DNA of 64,000 nucleotides from Escherichia coli (GTDB lineage Bacteria; Pseudomonadota; Gammaproteobacteria; Enterobacterales; Enterobacteriaceae): NCBI RefSeq assembly GCF_045037415.1, contig NZ_CP173438.1; one strand, 5' to 3'. Shown piece by piece: positions 27,781 to 38,908 of this stretch (position 1 is its first letter; each line of letters starts with the position of its first letter). The notes under the pieces were generated by a model. It saw only the letters and a program-made list of their open reading frames with translations, ran no database searches and was not told where the DNA came from. The position numbers and the translations under genes were made by a program.

Positions 27781-28209
27781 CTATGCCGCCCTTACGATGT
27801 AATTAAACGCAATGTTACGGGGACGAATGGTCACATAATTAACCCCATCGCCTCGCGAAGGACCTGCAAATGAAAAACGGGAGAATCCAGGTTGGTTGTC
27901 AACGATTTGGTCATAGTTATTGATTGAATGACCAGACCCAATGTCAAAATTACCTGCGTAATGAGAAAAACTTGTACCATCCTGCCGTGAAAGCAGATCG
28001 CGCCCTGTATCCACTTTTCGCCCGTCGTCCCATCCACGGATAAACTCACCGCGTAAATCGGGAAGACGGAGGGTCGGGTAGACTCTGGCCAGAACAGGAT
28101 ATTGTTCTTTTGTAAAGGCGCGCCCGTCGCACTTTAACCAGCCTGCTGGCGGTGTGGCAGTGGGCCACGGAACAGGTACACCAACGGGCAGCGCCGAGCC
28201 TTCCCCCAA
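27781..28209 (-). CDS. second silent alternative tail-fibre C-terminal cassette
   Basis: Same conserved 5' block (~70 aa identical to expressed fibre) and conserved C-terminal end, variable middle; TGA stop just upstream in frame. Confidence 0.7.
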   Translation of the reverse strand: MGEGSALPVGVPVPWPTATPPAGWLKCDGRAFTKEQYPVLARVYPTLRLPDLRGEFIRGWDDGRKVDTGRDLLSRQDGTSFSHYAGNFDIGSGHSINNYDQIVDNQPGFSRFSFAGPSRGDGVNYVTIRPRNIAFNYIVRAA

Positions 28210-28280
28210 ACCAACGTTTATCTCTCAAATCCTCCCCACATTATCTCAGTACTTTAACCACTCAAAAGGGAGTATTTTTA

Positions 28281-28853
28281 ATGCTGATTGGCTACATACG
28301 TGTGTCAACAAATGACCAAAACACAGATTTGCAACGCAATGCATTAATGTGCGCAGGATGTGAACAGATTTTTGAGGACAAAATGAGCGGAACCAAGTCG
28401 GAACGACCAGGCCTGAAACGCGCTTTAAAGTGCCTTAAAAGAGGGGATACATTGGTGGTCTGGAAGCTGGATCGGTTGGGTAGAAGAATGAAACACCTCA
28501 TTGCTCTCACAGAAGAGCTACGCGCAAAAGGTGTCAATTTTCGCAGTCTGACGGATTCAATCGATACCAGCACTCCGATGGGAAGGTTCTTTTTTCATAT
28601 GATGGGTGCACTGGCAGAAATGGAGCGTGAACTGATAGTTGAGCGCACGCTGGCTGGACTGGCTGCTGCGCGAGCACAAGGAAGAGTTGGAGGACGTCGC
28701 CCGAAACTGACGAAGGAGCAGCATGAGCAGATCGCAAGATTGCTCCAGAAAGGGTATGACAGAAAGCGGCTGGCAATTATCTATGATATTGGACTGTCAA
28801 CGATCTACCGCTATCACCCTGTTGGGACTGTCATAACGCAACCTGAAATGTAA
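28281..28853 (+). CDS. DNA invertase, serine recombinase of the Gin/Pin/Hin family
   Basis: ORF-track 28152..28853 trimmed to MLIGYIRVSTNDQNTDLQRNAL start with AAGGGAG RBS; 190 aa. Confidence 0.9.
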   Translation: MLIGYIRVSTNDQNTDLQRNALMCAGCEQIFEDKMSGTKSERPGLKRALKCLKRGDTLVVWKLDRLGRRMKHLIALTEELRAKGVNFRSLTDSIDTSTPMGRFFFHMMGALAEMERELIVERTLAGLAAARAQGRVGGRRPKLTKEQHEQIARLLQKGYDRKRLAIIYDIGLSTIYRYHPVGTVITQPEM

Positions 28854-28859
28854 TTCTTT

Positions 28860-28938
28860 TTCAAATAATGAAACGCCGCGTGGATGCCATTTATCGCACA
28901 AGATAGAGTGCATTTATCGCGCGGCGCATCATTCTTCA
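28860..28938. repeat. Mu-like prophage right end (terminal transposase-binding repeat region ending ...CTTCA)
   Basis: Contains two copies of GCATTTATCGC and GCGCGGCGCA...CTTCA, resembling the Mu right end as recalled from memory; all phage genes end here and host sequence follows. Confidence 0.5.
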
Positions 28939-29108
28939 TGTGAATCATCCGTTGATTAATTATATATAAACATTATGTATCAACAAGTTACATTGATAAT
29001 TAACGCTACCATTAATAAAAATACCCCACAAGGTCCGAAAAAAAACGCCGGCAATGTGCCGACGTCTTTGAAAAGAAAGGATTGTCTATGTTATCGCCCG
29101 TTATTCAT

Positions 29109-30393
29109 TCAGCCGGGTTGACTTATCCGCGCCAATTGCTCGAAATAGTCTGGAAAAGTTTTAGCGGTACATTTTGGATCAAGAATCGTCACAGGCGTAT
29201 CTGATAATGCGACCAGCGAGAAACACATCGCCATCCGGTGATCATTATAAGTGGCGATCTCAGCAAATTTCAGTTTTTCCGGTGGCGTAATGCGAATGAA
29301 ATCATGCCCCTCTTCGACTTCCGCACCGACTTTACGCAGTTCTGTTGCCATCGCAAACAGGCGATCGGTTCTCTTTAACACGCCAGTTATAGATATTGCG
29401 CAGCGTGGTGGTGCCTTTTGCAAATAACGCCGCGGTGGCAATGGTCATCGCCGCATCGGGAATATGGTTCATATCCATATCAATGGCGTTCAGTTCACCA
29501 CGCGTGCAGGAAATATAATCATCGCCCCAGCAAATGGTCGCGCCCATTTTTTCCAGAACATCAGCAAAGCGAATATCACCCTGCATACTGTTGCGTCCAA
29601 TGCCGGTCACTTTTACAGTGCCGCCTCTGATTGCTGCTGCTGCCAGGAAATAAGAAGCCGAAGATGCATCGCCTTCAACCAAATAAGTGCCCGGAGACTG
29701 GTAAGACTGCCCCCCTTTTACGACAAATTGTTGATAGTGCTGATTTTCAATTTCAACACCAAACGTCTTCATCAGATTGAGGGTGATATCGATATAAGGT
29801 TTAGAAACCAGATCGCCTTTAATACGAATCACCGTATCTTCCGGCGCAAGAGGCGCAGTCATTAACAGTGCGGTGAGGAACTGGCTGGAAACGGAGCCAT
29901 CAACATCAACGTTGCCGCCAGTAAAGCCGCCCTGTAAACGCAATGGCGGATAATTTTCTTGTTCCAGGTAAGTGATCTTCGCCCCGCCCTGGCGCAGCGC
30001 ATCCACCAGATGACCAATCGGGCGTTCTTTCATTCGCGGTTCACCGCTCAGTACAATATCATTGCTACCCAGGCAAAGTGCTGCCGCCAGCGGACGCATT
30101 GCCGTTCCGGCGTTACCGAGGAACAACTCCCGGGCACTTTCTGCGTGTAATGGACCACCGTTACCGATAATTTCGCAACGCGTACGATCGGCTGAAAGCG
30201 TATAGCTTACCCCTAACGCTGTTAATGCATTCAGCATATGGCGCACGTCATCGCTATCCAGCAGATTGGTTAATACTGTTTTGCCGTGTGCTAATGCCGC
30301 CAGCAATAAAGCGCGGTTAGAAACGCTCTTGGAACCGGGCAGATTAATAGTGCCATCGACACGAGCGATGGGTTGTAACGTTAGGGATTCCAT
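29109..30393 (-). pseudogene. aroA: aroA (EPSP synthase) disrupted by a 1-bp insertion frameshift
   Basis: Two overlapping ORFs (29332..30393 and 29109..29441) together span a full-length aroA; frames switch at GAGAACCGAT near 29373..29382 where the reading ...NWRVKE should continue [11 protein letters not shown]. Confidence 0.8.
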
Positions 30394-30463
30394 GAACTCA
30401 ACTCTCTACAACAGAAATAAAAACCCCACAGGCTGGCTGTGGGGATTATGCAAAATTTCGACA

Positions 30464-31552
30464 TTAGCCGTGACGACGTTCGAACTCAACCATGAAGTCT
30501 GTCAGTGCTTTAACACCTTCCAGCGGCATGGCGTTATAAATAGACGCACGCATTCCGCCGACCACTCGGTGACCTTTCAGCGCATGTAAGCCCGCAGCGA
30601 AAGACTCTTCGAGGAACAATTTATCAAGCGCGCTATCCGCCAACTGGAACGGCACGTTCATCCGCGAACGGTTAGCTTTCGCCACATCATTGCGGTAGAA
30701 ATCGCTGTTATCAATCACCCCATACAGCAGTTCTGCTTTTTGCTGATTGATCTTATCCATTGCAGCCACACCGCCGTTCGCTTTCAGCCATTTGAAGACC
30801 AGGCCAGATAAGTACCAGGCAAATGTCGGCGGCGTGTTGAACATGGAATCGTTATCGTTGAGGATGGAGTAATCCAGAATCGATGGGCAGGCGATATTCG
30901 CTTTGCCCAGCAAATCTTCACGAACGATGACGATTGTCAGGCCAGCCGGGCCGATATTTTTCTGCGCGCCAGCGTAAATTACACCATAACGGCTGACATC
31001 AATCGGACGGGAAAGAATGGTTGAAGAGAAGTCAGCGGCGACCACCACGTCTTTACCGAAGTCTGGTGTTTCATCGATAGCGATACCATCGATGGTTTCG
31101 TTCGGGCAGTAATGCATATAAGCAGCATTATCAGAGAGTTGCCATTCACTCATTGGCTTAACTGCGCGAAGACCATCAACGGTCACTTTCGCATCAAACA
31201 CATTTGGTGTGCAGTATTTTTTCGCTTCTTTGATAGCACTTGCTGCCCAGTAACCCGCATCAACATAATCTGCAGTGGTTTTATCACCAAGAATATTCAA
31301 CGGTACTGCAGCAAATTGACCGCGACCACCGCCATGGCAGAACAATACTTTGTAGTTGGAGGGGACGTTAAGAAGATCGCGAAAATCCTTCTCGGCTTCC
31401 TCTGCAACCTGAATGAACTCTTTGCCACGGTGACTCACTTCCATCACCGACGTACCAAGACCGTTCCAGTCGCGCAGTTCCTGTTGAGCCTGTTTAAGCA
31501 CCTCTGCCGGTAGCATTGCCGGACCAGAACTAAAATTGAAGATTTGAGCCAT
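30464..31552 (-). CDS. serC: phosphoserine aminotransferase
   Basis: 362-aa ORF matching E. coli SerC ([26 protein letters not shown]...). Confidence 0.95.
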   Translation of the reverse strand: MAQIFNFSSGPAMLPAEVLKQAQQELRDWNGLGTSVMEVSHRGKEFIQVAEEAEKDFRDLLNVPSNYKVLFCHGGGRGQFAAVPLNILGDKTTADYVDAGYWAASAIKEAKKYCTPNVFDAKVTVDGLRAVKPMSEWQLSDNAAYMHYCPNETIDGIAIDETPDFGKDVVVAADFSSTILSRPIDVSRYGVIYAGAQKNIGPAGLTIVIVREDLLGKANIACPSILDYSILNDNDSMFNTPPTFAWYLSGLVFKWLKANGGVAAMDKINQQKAELLYGVIDNSDFYRNDVAKANRSRMNVPFQLADSALDKLFLEESFAAGLHALKGHRVVGGMRASIYNAMPLEGVKALTDFMVEFERRHG

Positions 31553-31750
31553 TTCCCCTCACCACGTTGCGTTGCTATTAACCCGCGGTCAATCGATTGC
31601 GACCACAGGTAATACATTATTCCAGTGGCTATCGGTTTTATCATTCAGTGACACACATCGCAATGAGTAAAACCGTTGAGGGCAAAAATGTGGCTTGCAT
31701 CACACAAAAGAATCTCTCGGATTATTAGCAAAAAGCCGATGTTTTTGCTG

Positions 31751-32443
31751 TCAGGTCACCCGTTTAGCTCGACTTGCCTTCGTCCATTCTGGATTTGCAC
31801 AGCGCGGACATAATTGTTTTTCCCCCGCGTTCATATGAATGATTTCACTGCAACGGATGCAGGCATAGTCCGCCGACTCCGGCACCACTTTGTAACGCTG
31901 AGTACAGTCACTGGGTAAAATAAGTAACCCCGGTTTCACCTTGTCATCTTCAAAGAAATAAACACTGATTTGCCCGTTGGTTTCGAGAATCGCCAGACGT
32001 ACCTGCCCCAACTGCTCTACACCGCGCAATCGTAGCTCCATAAAGAACTCAAATTCCGTCATGTTGGAGTTATTGAGTTTCGACCAGGCCAGCTCGCCGT
32101 CTTCAATAATGACAACCGGCTTGCCTTCCAGAAGATCTTCCAGTTTTTCACTGTGCGCCATCAACCACATTACCAGGCGGTATAACAACGCCAGAGTAAT
32201 AAAGACGATAAGTACCGGGACCATCGGCACATCATCATAAAACGCCACATCTCCCGCCGCTGAACCCAGTGTCAGAATGATTAACACTTCAAACAGCGAC
32301 ATCTGCCGCACACCGCGTCTTCCGGTCATTTTGAGGAACAAAAAAACCAGTACAAAGGTATAAAGACTACGTAGTGCAACTTCGCCAAGGAAATCAAAAG
32401 GCACTTTATCAAATGCCATACGGTGGAGATCGAACGCCTTCAT
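31751..32443 (-). CDS. ycaP: inner membrane protein YcaP (DUF421)
   Basis: 230-aa ORF matching E. coli YcaP; conserved position next to serC. Confidence 0.9.
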   Translation of the reverse strand: MKAFDLHRMAFDKVPFDFLGEVALRSLYTFVLVFLFLKMTGRRGVRQMSLFEVLIILTLGSAAGDVAFYDDVPMVPVLIVFITLALLYRLVMWLMAHSEKLEDLLEGKPVVIIEDGELAWSKLNNSNMTEFEFFMELRLRGVEQLGQVRLAILETNGQISVYFFEDDKVKPGLLILPSDCTQRYKVVPESADYACIRCSEIIHMNAGEKQLCPRCANPEWTKASRAKRVT

Positions 32444-32572
32444 TTTTATGCTCTTATCGTGGTTTATCCGCTAAAAGCATAGCCAACAGTTCATCGGCAT
32501 GGCGGCGGTGATAGCGCCTTTGAGATAAAACCCGTATTATTGCGCGCTTTCCGTACGACTAAAGTGATTTTC

Positions 32573-34333
32573 ATGACGCAAACATTTATCCCCGGCAAAG
32601 ATGCCGCTCTGGAAGATTCCATCGCTCGCTTCCAGCAAAAACTTTCAGACCTCGGTTTTCAGATTGAAGAGGCCTCCTGGCTGAATCCCGTGCCTAATGT
32701 CTGGTCTGTACATATTCGCGACAAAGAGTGCGCACTGTGTTTTACCAACGGTAAAGGCGCAACCAAAAAAGCGGCGCTGGCTTCTGCCCTCGGTGAATAT
32801 TTCGAGCGTCTCTCAACCAACTACTTTTTTGCGGACTTCTGGCTGGGCGAAACCATCGCCAACGGCCCATTCGTGCATTATCCCAACGAAAAATGGTTCC
32901 CACTGACCGAAAATGACGATGTACCAGAAGGGCTGCTCGATGACCGTCTGCGCGCATTTTACGATCCGGAGAATGAACTGACCGGTAGTATGCTGATTGA
33001 CCTGCAATCCGGTAACGAAGATCGTGGTATTTGCGGTCTACCGTTTACGCGCCAGTCCGACAATCAGACCATTTATATTCCGATGAATATCATTGGTAAC
33101 TTGTACGTTTCTAACGGTATGTCTGCTGGCAATACCCGTAACGAAGCACGCGTTCAGGGGTTATCCGAAGTTTTCGAACGTTACGTGAAAAACCGCATTA
33201 TTGCTGAAAGCATCAGCTTGCCGGAAATCCCGGCAGACGTGCTGGCACGTTATCCAGCAGTAGTTGAAGCGATCGAAACGCTGGAAGCGGAAGGTTTCCC
33301 GATCTTCGCTTATGACGGTTCGCTTGGCGGCCAGTATCCGGTGATTTGCGTGGTACTGTTCAATCCTGCTAACGGTACCTGCTTTGCCTCATTCGGTGCG
33401 CATCCTGATTTTGGCGTTGCACTGGAACGTACCGTGACCGAGTTGCTGCAAGGTCGTGGCCTGAAAGATCTGGATGTGTTTACTCCACCAACCTTCGATG
33501 ATGAAGAAGTCGCTGAACATACCAACCTCGAAACGCACTTTATCGATTCCAGCGGTTTAATCTCCTGGGACCTGTTCAAGCAGGATGCCGATTATCCGTT
33601 TGTTGACTGGAGCTTCTCCGGCACCACGGAAGAAGAGTTCGCCACGCTGATGGCTATCTTCAAAAAGGAAGATAAAGAAGTTTATATTGCCGATTACGAG
33701 CATCTGGGTGTCTACTCTTGCCGTATTATCGTACCTGGCATGTCCGATATTTATCCGGCTGAAGATCTGTGGTTGGCGAATAACAGTATGGGCAGCCATT
33801 TACGTGAAACGATTCTGTCACTGCCCGGTAGCGAGTGGGAAAAGGAAGATTACCTGAACCTCATCGAGCAACTGGATGAAGAAGGTTTTGATGACTTTAC
33901 CCGCGTGCGTGAACTGTTGGGCCTGGCGACCGGGTCGGATAACGGCTGGTACACTCTGCGTATCGGTGAATTAAAAGCCATGCTGGCGCTGGCTGGTGGC
34001 GATCTGGAACAGGCTCTGGTCTGGACCGAATGGACGATGGAGTTTAACTCATCAGTATTCAGCCCGGAACGCGCCAATTATTATCGCTGCCTGCAAACAT
34101 TGTTATTACTGGCGCAGGAAGAAGATCGCCAGCCGCTGCAATATCTGAATGCGTTTGTTCGCATGTACGGCGCAGATGCCGTGGAAGCCGCCAGTGCAGC
34201 AATGAGCGGCGAAGCGGCGTTTTATGGCTTGCAACCAGTAGATAGCGATCTGCACGCGTTTGCTGCACATCAGTCGTTGTTGAAGGCCTACGAAAAGCTG
34301 CAACGCGCCAAAGCAGCATTCTGGGCAAAATAA
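32573..34333 (+). CDS. ycaO: YcaO (ribosomal protein S12 methylthiotransferase accessory factor)
   Basis: ORF-track 32540..34333 trimmed to MTQTFIPGKDAALEDS start; matches E. coli YcaO. Confidence 0.95.
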   Translation: MTQTFIPGKDAALEDSIARFQQKLSDLGFQIEEASWLNPVPNVWSVHIRDKECALCFTNGKGATKKAALASALGEYFERLSTNYFFADFWLGETIANGPFVHYPNEKWFPLTENDDVPEGLLDDRLRAFYDPENELTGSMLIDLQSGNEDRGICGLPFTRQSDNQTIYIPMNIIGNLYVSNGMSAGNTRNEARVQGLSEVFERYVKNRIIAESISLPEIPADVLARYPAVVEAIETLEAEGFPIFAYDGSLGGQYPVICVVLFNPANGTCFASFGAHPDFGVALERTVTELLQGRGLKDLDVFTPPTFDDEEVAEHTNLETHFIDSSGLISWDLFKQDADYPFVDWSFSGTTEEEFATLMAIFKKEDKEVYIADYEHLGVYSCRIIVPGMSDIYPAEDLWLANNSMGSHLRETILSLPGSEWEKEDYLNLIEQLDEEGFDDFTRVRELLGLATGSDNGWYTLRIGELKAMLALAGGDLEQALVWTEWTMEFNSSVFSPERANYYRCLQTLLLLAQEEDRQPLQYLNAFVRMYGADAVEAASAAMSGEAAFYGLQPVDSDLHAFAAHQSLLKAYEKLQRAKAAFWAK

Positions 34334-34379
34334 AATCAAATAGCCTACGCAATGTAGGCTTAATGATTCGTCTGAGTTA

Positions 34380-34738
34380 TATTACGGGGCGTTTTTTTAA
34401 TGCCCCGCTTTACATATATTTGCATTAATAAAATAATTGTAATTATAAGGTTAAATATCGGTAATTCGTATTTAATAAATACGATCGATATTGTTACTTT
34501 ATTCGCCAGGTGCTCCCTTTTAATTAACTGTTTTAGCGGAGGATGCGGAAAAAATTCAACTCATTTGTTAATTTTTAAAATTTATTTTTATTTGGATAAT
34601 CAAATATTTACTCCGTATTTGCATAAAAACCATGCGAGTTACGGGCCTATAAGCCAGGCGAGATATGATCTATATCAATTTCTCATCTATAATGCTTTGT
34701 TAGTATCTCGTCGCCGACTTAATAAAGAGAGAGTTAGT
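34380..34738 (+). promoter_or_regulatory. AT-rich focA-pflB upstream regulatory region (multiple promoters; FNR-like half sites)
   Basis: Very AT-rich non-coding block upstream of focA; TTGGATAATCAAA near 34592..34605 resembles an FNR site; the pfl operon is known to be FNR/ArcA/IHF controlled. Confidence 0.5.
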
Positions 34739-35596
34739 GTGAAAGCTGACAACCCTTTTGATCTTTTACTTCCTGCTGCAATGGCCAAAGTGGCCGAAGA
34801 GGCAGGTGTCTATAAAGCAACGAAACATCCGCTTAAGACTTTCTATCTGGCGATTACCGCCGGTGTTTTCATCTCAATCGCATTCGTCTTCTATATCACA
34901 GCAACCACTGGCACAGGTACAATGCCCTTCGGCATGGCAAAACTGATTGGCGGCATTTGCTTCTCTCTGGGGTTGATTCTTTGTGTTGTCTGCGGAGCCG
35001 ATCTCTTTACTTCCACAGTGTTGATTGTTGTTGCCAAGGCGAGTGGGCGCATCACCTGGGGTCAGTTGGCGAAAAACTGGCTAAATGTTTATTTTGGCAA
35101 CCTGGTCGGCGCACTGCTGTTTGTACTTTTAATGTGGCTTTCCGGCGAGTATATGACCGCAAATGGTCAATGGGGACTAAACGTCCTACAAACCGCCGAC
35201 CACAAAGTGCACCATACTTTTATTGAGGCCGTCTGTCTTGGTATCCTGGCAAACCTGATGGTATGTCTGGCAGTATGGATGAGTTATTCTGGCCGCAGCC
35301 TGATGGACAAAGCGTTCATTATGGTGCTGCCGGTCGCGATGTTTGTTGCCAGCGGTTTTGAGCACAGTATCGCAAACATGTTTATGATCCCGATGGGTAT
35401 TGTAATCCGCGACTTCGCATCTCCGGAATTCTGGACCGCTGTCGGTTCTGCACCGGAAAATTTTTCTCACCTGACCGTGATGAACTTCATCACTGATAAC
35501 CTGATTCCGGTTACGATCGGTAATATTATCGGCGGTGGTTTGTTGGTTGGGTTGACATACTGGGTCATTTACCTGCGTGAAAACGATCACCATTAA
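34739..35596 (+). CDS. focA: formate channel FocA
   Basis: GTG start at 34739 giving MKADNPFDLLLPAAMAKVAEEAG...; ORF-track 34400..35596 is an upstream extension of the same frame. Confidence 0.95.
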   Translation: MKADNPFDLLLPAAMAKVAEEAGVYKATKHPLKTFYLAITAGVFISIAFVFYITATTGTGTMPFGMAKLIGGICFSLGLILCVVCGADLFTSTVLIVVAKASGRITWGQLAKNWLNVYFGNLVGALLFVLLMWLSGEYMTANGQWGLNVLQTADHKVHHTFIEAVCLGILANLMVCLAVWMSYSGRSLMDKAFIMVLPVAMFVASGFEHSIANMFMIPMGIVIRDFASPEFWTAVGSAPENFSHLTVMNFITDNLIPVTIGNIIGGGLLVGLTYWVIYLRENDHH

Positions 35597-35650
35597 TGGT
35601 TGTCGAAGTACGCAGTAAATAAAAAATCCACTTAAGAAGGTAGGTGTTAC

Positions 35651-37933
35651 ATGTCCGAGCTTAATGAAAAGTTAGCCACAGCCTGGGAAGGTTTTACCAA
35701 AGGTGACTGGCAGAATGAAGTAAACGTCCGTGACTTCATTCAGAAAAACTACACTCCGTACGAGGGTGACGAGTCCTTCCTGGCTGGCGCTACTGAAGCG
35801 ACCACCACCCTGTGGGACAAAGTAATGGAAGGCGTTAAACTGGAAAACCGCACTCACGCGCCAGTTGACTTTGACACCGCTGTTGCTTCCACCATCACCT
35901 CTCACGACGCTGGTTACATCAACAAGCAGCTTGAGAAAATCGTTGGTCTGCAGACTGAAGCTCCGCTGAAACGTGCTCTTATCCCGTTCGGTGGTATCAA
36001 AATGATCGAAGGTTCCTGCAAAGCGTACAACCGCGAACTGGACCCGATGATCAAAAAAATCTTCACTGAATACCGTAAAACTCACAACCAGGGCGTGTTC
36101 GACGTTTACACTCCGGACATCCTGCGTTGCCGTAAATCCGGTGTTCTGACCGGTCTGCCAGATGCTTATGGCCGTGGTCGTATCATCGGTGACTACCGTC
36201 GCGTTGCACTGTACGGTATCGACTACCTGATGAAAGACAAACTTGCACAGTTCACCTCTCTGCAGGCTGATCTGGAAAACGGCGTAAACCTGGAACAGAC
36301 TATCCGTCTGCGCGAAGAAATCGCTGAACAGCACCGCGCTCTGGGTCAGATGAAAGAAATGGCTGCGAAATACGGCTACGACATCTCTGGTCCGGCTACT
36401 AACGCTCAGGAAGCTATCCAGTGGACTTACTTCGGCTACCTGGCTGCTGTTAAGTCTCAGAACGGTGCTGCAATGTCCTTCGGTCGTACCTCCACCTTCC
36501 TGGATGTGTACATCGAACGTGACCTGAAAGCTGGCAAGATCACCGAACAAGAAGCGCAGGAAATGGTTGACCACCTGGTCATGAAACTGCGTATGGTTCG
36601 CTTCCTGCGTACTCCGGAATACGATGAACTGTTCTCTGGCGACCCGATCTGGGCAACCGAATCTATCGGTGGTATGGGCCTCGACGGTCGTACCCTGGTT
36701 ACCAAAAACAGCTTCCGTTTCCTGAACACCCTGTACACCATGGGTCCGTCTCCGGAACCGAACATGACCATTCTGTGGTCTGAAAAACTGCCGCTGAACT
36801 TCAAGAAATTCGCCGCTAAAGTGTCCATCGACACCTCTTCTCTGCAGTATGAGAACGATGACCTGATGCGTCCGGACTTCAACAACGATGACTACGCTAT
36901 TGCTTGCTGCGTAAGCCCGATGATCGTTGGTAAACAAATGCAGTTCTTCGGTGCGCGTGCAAACCTGGCGAAAACCATGCTGTACGCAATCAACGGTGGC
37001 GTTGACGAAAAACTGAAAATGCAGGTTGGTCCGAAATCTGAGCCGATCAAAGGCGATGTCCTGAACTATGATGAAGTGATGGAGCGCATGGATCACTTCA
37101 TGGACTGGCTGGCTAAACAGTACATCACTGCACTGAACATCATCCACTACATGCACGACAAGTACAGCTACGAAGCCTCTCTGATGGCGCTGCACGACCG
37201 TGACGTTATCCGCACCATGGCGTGTGGTATCGCTGGTCTGTCCGTTGCTGCTGACTCCCTGTCTGCAATCAAATATGCGAAAGTTAAACCGATTCGTGAT
37301 GAAGACGGTCTGGCTATCGACTTCGAAATCGAAGGCGAATACCCGCAGTTTGGTAACAACGATCCGCGTGTAGATGACCTGGCTGTTGACCTGGTAGAAC
37401 GTTTCATGAAGAAAATTCAGAAACTGCACACCTACCGTGACGCTATCCCGACTCAGTCTGTTCTGACCATCACTTCTAACGTTGTGTATGGTAAGAAAAC
37501 TGGTAACACCCCAGACGGTCGTCGTGCTGGCGCGCCGTTCGGACCGGGTGCTAACCCGATGCACGGTCGTGACCAGAAAGGTGCTGTAGCGTCTCTGACT
37601 TCCGTTGCTAAACTGCCGTTTGCTTACGCTAAAGATGGTATCTCCTACACCTTCTCTATCGTTCCGAACGCACTGGGTAAAGACGACGAAGTTCGTAAGA
37701 CCAACCTGGCTGGTCTGATGGATGGTTACTTCCACCACGAAGCATCCATCGAAGGTGGTCAGCACCTGAACGTTAACGTGATGAACCGTGAAATGCTGCT
37801 CGACGCGATGGAAAACCCGGAAAAATATCCGCAGCTGACCATCCGTGTATCTGGCTACGCAGTACGTTTCAACTCGCTGACTAAAGAACAGCAGCAGGAC
37901 GTTATTACTCGTACCTTCACTCAATCTATGTAA
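35651..37933 (+). CDS. pflB: pyruvate formate-lyase
   Basis: 760-aa ORF matching E. coli PflB end to end. Confidence 0.97.
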
Positions 37934-37974
37934 TTAGATTTGACTGAAATCGTACAGTAAAAAGCGTACAATAA

Positions 37975-38001
37975 AGGCTCCACGAAAGTGGGGCCTTTTT
38001 T
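37975..38001 (+). terminator. rho-independent terminator downstream of pflB
   Basis: AGGCTCCAC-gaaa-GTGGGGCCT followed by TTTTTT. Confidence 0.6.
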
Positions 38002-38124
38002 AGCACGAGAGCCTTTTTTGTCAGCTATCTATACTTTAAGGTGACTGCCAAAACAGACTCGACGTAGCCTTCGAGCTGCGCACCAACACGGCCTCAGATG
38101 GGCCACATCTGGAGAAACACCGCA

Positions 38125-38865
38125 ATGTCAGTTATTGGTCGCATTCACTCCTTTGAATCCTGTGGAACCGTAGACGGCCCGGGTATTCGCTTTATCACCT
38201 TTTTCCAGGGCTGCCTGATGCGCTGCCTGTATTGTCATAACCGCGACACCTGGGATACGCATGGCGGTAAAGAAGTTACCGTTGAAGATTTGATGAAGGA
38301 AGTGGTGACCTATCGCCACTTTATGAACGCTTCCGGCGGCGGCGTTACCGCATCCGGCGGTGAGGCAATCCTACAAGCTGAGTTTGTTCGTGACTGGTTC
38401 CGCGCCTGCAAAAAAGAAGGCATTCATACCTGTCTGGACACCAACGGTTTTGTTCGTCGTTACGATCCGGTGATTGATGAACTGCTGGAGGTAACCGACC
38501 TGGTAATGCTCGATCTCAAACAGATGAACGACGAGATCCACCAAAATCTGGTTGGAGTTTCCAACCACCGCACGCTGGAGTTCGCTAAATATCTGGCGAA
38601 CAAAAATGTGAAGGTGTGGATCCGCTATGTTGTTGTCCCAGGCTGGTCTGACGATGACGATTCAGCGCATCGCCTTGGTGAATTTACCCGTGATATGGGC
38701 AACGTTGAGAAAATCGAGCTCCTCCCCTACCACGAACTGGGCAAACACAAATGGGTGGCAATGGGTGAAGAATACAAACTCGATGGTGTTAAACCACCGA
38801 AGAAAGAGACCATGGAACGCGTGAAAGGCATTCTTGAGCAGTACGGTCATAAGGTCATGTTCTAA
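38125..38865 (+). CDS. pflA: pyruvate formate-lyase activating enzyme
   Basis: ORF-track 38098..38865 trimmed to [20 protein letters not shown] start; radical SAM CxxxCxxC motif. Confidence 0.95.
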   Translation: MSVIGRIHSFESCGTVDGPGIRFITFFQGCLMRCLYCHNRDTWDTHGGKEVTVEDLMKEVVTYRHFMNASGGGVTASGGEAILQAEFVRDWFRACKKEGIHTCLDTNGFVRRYDPVIDELLEVTDLVMLDLKQMNDEIHQNLVGVSNHRTLEFAKYLANKNVKVWIRYVVVPGWSDDDDSAHRLGEFTRDMGNVEKIELLPYHELGKHKWVAMGEEYKLDGVKPPKKETMERVKGILEQYGHKVMF

Positions 38866-38876
38866 TTTCCCCGTAA

Positions 38877-38908
38877 AGCGGCAACTTTATTGAGTTGCCG
38901 CTTTTTTG
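38877..38908 (+). terminator. rho-independent terminator downstream of pflA
   Basis: GCGGCAACT-ttatt-GAGTTGCCGC followed by TTTTTT. Confidence 0.7.

Larger units (their letters stand above)
26161..28229. other. candidate invertible tail-fibre segment bounded by hix/gix-like crossover sites
   Basis: Shared motif ..TTGGTTT(A/G)GG(A/G)GAAGGCTCG at 26166..26191 (+) and inverted at 27762..27789 and 28198..28223; adjacent invertase gene. Confidence 0.5.
1..28938. mobile_element. Mu-like transposable prophage, partial (left part outside window)
   Basis: Mu-type order lysis - terminase - portal - F - G - I - T - sheath - tube - tape measure - N - P - baseplate - fibre - Tfa - inverted cassettes - gin - terminal repeat. 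Confidence 0.8.

Noticed and set aside
28939-29108. Possible tRNA or small gene at the Mu-like prophage/host junction
   Set aside because: No cloverleaf-compatible structure or conserved tRNA boxes recognised; the region reads as the aroA terminator and AT-rich intergenic DNA.
34400-34738. N-terminal 113-aa extension of the focA ORF
   Set aside because: Open frame through the AT-rich promoter region; FocA begins at the GTG at 34739 (MKADNPFDLL).
35672-37924. 750-aa minus-strand ORF covering all of pflB
   Set aside because: Antisense mirror ORF of a highly expressed, strongly codon-biased gene; pflB on the plus strand matches the known protein end to end.
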